Source of the DNA: a virus
DNA: 39,699 nt
Strand: one strand, 5' to 3'
Virus genome (UHGV): UHGV-0270985
Shown piece by piece: positions 36,585 through 39,699 of this stretch. The notes beneath the pieces were generated by a model. That model saw only the letters and a list, made by a program, of their open reading frames with translations, made no database searches and had not been told where the DNA came from. A program made the translations under genes and the position numbers. Positions within the stretch are counted from its first letter, which is position 1. Each line of letters starts with the position of its first letter.

Positions 36585-37609
36585 TGGGAAGACGAAGGAA
36601 AAATCCTGAACACGAAAAACTACCTCCAAATGTATATCCAAATAAATATAGTTATGTATGGAAACCAACATCCAGAGAATCTGTCACACTAACCGCCATC
36701 AAGGATGGTTTAGCTGCTTTATGGAAAAGGTATGAGGAAACTGTAAATAATCGCGATCGCGCAATGACATTCGGTCGCTTGTGGGAAAAATTCCTCGCCA
36801 GCGCCTATTACAGTGACCTCAGTCCAAGAACACAAAAAGATTATCTGCAACATCAAAAAAAGTTGCTTGCCGTATTCGGTAAGGTGCCGGCAGATTCCAT
36901 AAAACCAGAACACATCCGTCGATACATGGACCAGAGAGGGGGGCAGAGTAAAACGCAAGCCAACCATGAAAAAAGCAGTATGTCCCGCGTTTACAGTTGG
37001 GGATATGAGCGAGGGTACGTGAAGGCTAACCCATGTGCAGGTGTAAGTAAATTCAAGGCCAAAAACCGCGAACGATATGTAACCGACAAAGAATACCAGG
37101 CAGTATTAAGCGTTGCACCTCTTCCTGTTTTTATCGCAATGGAAATTGCCTATCTGTGTGCAGCGAGGGTTTCCGATGTGTTATCGCTGAAATGGGAGCA
37201 GATTGGAAACGACGGGATCTTTATCCAGCAAGGGAAAACAGGGAAAAAACAGATAAAAGCATGGAGTCCACGATTACAGGCGGCGATCGAAAAAGCAAAA
37301 CAGTTACCAACATCCGCCTATGTAATCAGCAATCAATACGGCAACCGATATATGTACAAAGGCTTTAACGAAATGTGGGTAGAAGCAAGAAATCGCGCAG
37401 GCAAAATTTCAGGTATTTTAACCGACTTCACCTTTCATGATCTGAAGGCGAAAGGAATTTCAGACTATGAAGGAAGCAGCCGGGATAAGCAACTTTTCTC
37501 TGGTCACAAAACCGAGGGGCAAGTGCTAATCTATGACAGGAAGGTTAAAGTTTCACCGACACTTGATGTCCCGTTACCTGAAAATATTCCAAGAAAATAT
37601 TCCAAGTAA
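36584..37609 (+). CDS. int: tyrosine integrase (lambda Int family)
   Basis: 341 aa; N-terminal arm-binding-like region, C-terminal catalytic region with HDLKAKG and GHKTEGQVLIYDR (His-x-x-Arg and Tyr nucleophile context). Confidence 0.9.
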   Translation: MGRRRKNPEHEKLPPNVYPNKYSYVWKPTSRESVTLTAIKDGLAALWKRYEETVNNRDRAMTFGRLWEKFLASAYYSDLSPRTQKDYLQHQKKLLAVFGKVPADSIKPEHIRRYMDQRGGQSKTQANHEKSSMSRVYSWGYERGYVKANPCAGVSKFKAKNRERYVTDKEYQAVLSVAPLPVFIAMEIAYLCAARVSDVLSLKWEQIGNDGIFIQQGKTGKKQIKAWSPRLQAAIEKAKQLPTSAYVISNQYGNRYMYKGFNEMWVEARNRAGKISGILTDFTFHDLKAKGISDYEGSSRDKQLFSGHKTEGQVLIYDRKVKVSPTLDVPLPENIPRKYSK

Positions 37610-37661
37610 TTCCAAGTGTGATTTTTGTCACTGACTTAATGATGTGTAAGTGATTGAATTT

Positions 37662-37723
37662 TGGCGGAGAGAGGGGGATTTGAACCCCCGGTGGAGTTGC
37701 CCCCACTCCGGTTTTCGAGACCG
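37662..37723 (-). other. 3' portion (anticodon stem-loop to CCA end) of a tRNA-Ser(CGA) gene, the attachment-site core
   Basis: Reverse complement reads CGGTCTCGAAAACCGGAGTGGGGGCAACTCCACCGGGGGTTCAAATCCCCCTCTCTCCGCCA: anticodon loop CTCGAAA, long variable arm, T-arm, acceptor 3' strand plus CCA. No complementary GGAGAGA 5' acceptor strand follows at higher coordinates, so the tRNA is not intact here. Confidence 0.6.
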
Positions 37724-38072
37724 ATGATACAGAGTCGAAAAATCAAAGAGTTAAAAACTTTTCTTGGAATAAATGTCTTAAAATCGTACACGAAAAATCA
37801 ATAAATTACATAACATTAAAGAAGAATATTCCAAGCCTTCTTGAGGCCACCACCTGTTTTCAGGTGTCATTCAGACGTGATTTACCCCAGATTGGGTAAG
37901 CACGCTTTTTTTCTCAGCTTATTCCGTTTTGCCTGTGTGTTGAATAATTCCACTGCAGTTATATAAAATCGGTAACGGCTGGAAATCATTCAATACTAGC
38001 ACTATCGAAAGTTAACCAGCCAACCGCAGTATCCTGTCATGACAAGTTACTGCGGCTTTTTACTTTTTATAT

Positions 38073-38360
38073 TTAACGGATCAACATCCAGATCAGCAGA
38101 CACGCCACCACCGGCACAGCAAAATCCATCAGGCTTGCCACATCCCACGCGCGTGGATCAAAACCGCCCCACCACGGCATGTTAATCCGCTTGCCATGCC
38201 CGAACATTTCAATCCAGCGATATTCTGCCTGGGTGTGTTCACGCGCAATGAAGAACGTACAACCGGCTATCGCCCCGTAAGCCCAGTTTCCGGTAAAAAG
38301 ACCAGCCAGCCCCTGTACCGCCACAGCACAAATTGCATGAAGTATCGGCGTGATATCCAT
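38073..38360 (-). CDS. hypothetical 95-aa membrane protein, outside the att core
   Basis: Hydrophobic segments (ILHAICAVAVQGLAGLFTG, VPVVACLLIWMLI); last gene of a minus-strand cluster converging on int. Confidence 0.45.
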   Translation of the reverse strand: MDITPILHAICAVAVQGLAGLFTGNWAYGAIAGCTFFIAREHTQAEYRWIEMFGHGKRINMPWWGGFDPRAWDVASLMDFAVPVVACLLIWMLIR

Positions 38361-38369
38361 CTGCTCCCC

Positions 38370-38648
38370 TTAAAACCACTCCCTGAGCGGGCGCTCTGGT
38401 GTAACCACCCACTCACGGAACACGGATTCATCAAAGCCATCGTCAAGAAGACGAATATTAACAAAGTACCCTTCGTCTCGCGTGTATTCAGGCTCCCCGT
38501 CAGCAGAAACACCTGACTCACTGAACGTAAAACCAATCTCATCAACCAGAACGGCATTCTGCAGCTCTTCGTCCTCTTCCCAGTTAAGTTTCCTGAGAAA
38601 TGCCCTGAAATCTGCTTTATCACTGAAACGCAACGTGAAATCTCTCAC
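38370..38648 (-). CDS. hypothetical 92-aa acidic protein
   Basis: Overlaps the upstream gene by 4 nt, suggesting translational coupling. Confidence 0.45.
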   Translation of the reverse strand: MRDFTLRFSDKADFRAFLRKLNWEEDEELQNAVLVDEIGFTFSESGVSADGEPEYTRDEGYFVNIRLLDDGFDESVFREWVVTPERPLREWF

Positions 38649-39699
38649 TCCACAACCTCCCCAAGCTGCGCATCTGTTAGCTCTTTATGCCAGAGACGAA
38701 AATTCCTCACATGCCCAAATAAATGGCGTAATCCTGCTGTAGTTTGTCCACCAATGCGAATGGTTGCTGTACTCCGGATATATTCCCATTTGGTTTTAGT
38801 TTCGCTGCTTAACTTACCGTTACTGACTACACATGTGGACCGTTCGGACTTTACCCGCATACCAATAAGCATTTTTTCCAGCCCGGCATTTTCATTTATT
38901 CGTCGGTTTGAACCACCTATATCACAATACGGAAAACCGTCGTACCCACCTGATGAACCAAACCCCATTACGATCCCCGCATCTGCCTGATGCCGGTATG
39001 TGTCAAAAACACGCGGTGCTGCATTTGGCGTTTTATACCAGTTCTTATGTACCTCACAAAGAACCGTAAAAGGAAGATTATAAAGATTATTCTTAATCGG
39101 AACTGTAACCATATCGCTTGCCCGCGTTACCGGTGCCGTCCCCGTAACAATAAAAGATGATGCGCCTGTACCAGCCTCAATCTGTGGAGTGGTTACATCG
39201 AGATAATCCCCTGATGCAACCATCTGCCCTGTATCCGGAGAATACTGGACAAAACCACCAACCGTATTTTCTGTTGTATCTGCTTTTAATGTAGCCTCAA
39301 AAAATATCCAGCCAGTTGCATCATCCTTAACAGACCTTGCTGTAACACGGCTTGTCTGACCTGTCTTGCTAATTATGCGGGTGGTAAGGTTCAGGTTTGC
39401 TGCTCCTATTGATGTCCTTACCTCCCCATCATAATGTTCAAATAAAATACGAACGGCGATATTATCAACTTCACTTTTTACCCGACAGGATATAGTTACA
39501 TGCTTTTCGTCCCCTGAAGTATCAACCCCTCCGGTACTCGAATACAGTCCGATAATGGTATGCGCTTTACTTGTACCAACAATCGAATCCTGTACGACAA
39601 ACCGGCCATAATTAAACCCGAAACTATCTGTGCCTGTTTCTGTAACGTCCAGTGAAGTTGACTTATTCCACTTCGAAGGGTCTGTACTGTTCTGGAAGA
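38645..39699 (-). CDS. hypothetical protein of at least 350 aa, 5' end beyond the window; beta-rich, possibly a tail fibre / receptor-binding protein
   Basis: The minus-strand frame stays open from the stop at 38645 to the window end, well beyond the track's Met at about 39223; hand translation of 39224-39699 gave no stop. Gly/Ser/Thr-rich; family not recognised. Confidence 0.4.
   Translation of the reverse strand, partial: FQNSTDPSKWNKSTSLDVTETGTDSFGFNYGRFVVQDSIVGTSKAHTIIGLYSSTGGVDTSGDEKHVTISCRVKSEVDNIAVRILFEHYDGEVRTSIGAANLNLTTRIISKTGQTSRVTARSVKDDATGWIFFEATLKADTTENTVGGFVQYSPDTGQMVASGDYLDVTTPQIEAGTGASSFIVTGTAPVTRASDMVTVPIKNNLYNLPFTVLCEVHKNWYKTPNAAPRVFDTYRHQADAGIVMGFGSSGGYDGFPYCDIGGSNRRINENAGLEKMLIGMRVKSERSTCVVSNGKLSSETKTKWEYIRSTATIRIGGQTTAGLRHLFGHVRNFRLWHKELTDAQLGEVVE

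Noticed and set aside
37662-37760. An intact tRNA-Ser gene at the prophage end
   Set aside because: Only the 3' 62 nt are tRNA-like; the expected 5' acceptor strand (GGAGAGA...) is absent from the adjoining sequence.
1-39699. CRISPR arrays and insertion sequences, including the IS2 that disrupts ydfE in K-12 Qin
   Set aside because: No regularly spaced direct repeats with unique spacers and no transposase ORF or terminal inverted repeats were seen; the ydfE-equivalent gene is uninterrupted.

Overview
The window is almost entirely one lambdoid (lambda/Qin-like) prophage of about 37.7 kb, with an attachment-site core next to the integrase. It looks complete, with no obvious frameshifts or insertion sequences. 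No searches were run: every product call rests on recalled family signatures, lambda gene order and direct reading of the sequence. Coordinates I derived by hand (tRNAs, DicF, terminators, operators, small ORFs) may be off by 1-2 nt. The late operon reads on the minus strand, from high to low coordinates: Q antiterminator, three tRNAs (Ile2-CAU, Arg-UCG, Arg-UCU), a phage-21-type lysis cassette (holin S21, YdfR-like gene, SAR endolysin, Rz/Rz1), a two-gene AT-rich moron, HNH endonuclease, terminase small and large subunits, HK97-type portal, prohead protease and major capsid, head-tail joining genes, then a lambda-type tail (V, G and G-T by -1 frameshift, H, M, L, K, I, J), lom and the start of stf, which runs off the window start. 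The early region is Qin/Rac-like: a Cro-like gene, a YdaT-like gene, an O-like initiator with internal iterons, about eleven small unknown ORFs, a hok toxin, a DUF968 HNH-motif protein, a rem-like gene and rusA on the minus strand; and on the plus strand a DicA-like repressor followed by ydfA/B/C-like ORFs, the DicF sRNA, dicB, ydfD, a large DEDDh exonuclease-domain protein, xis and int. Right of the integrase is a 3' fragment of tRNA-Ser(CGA) (att core), then three minus-strand genes of unknown function that run off the window end. The best candidates for something undescribed are the YfbU-like/88-aa moron between lysis and packaging, the small-ORF cluster between the replication gene and hok, and the gene trio beyond the att core.
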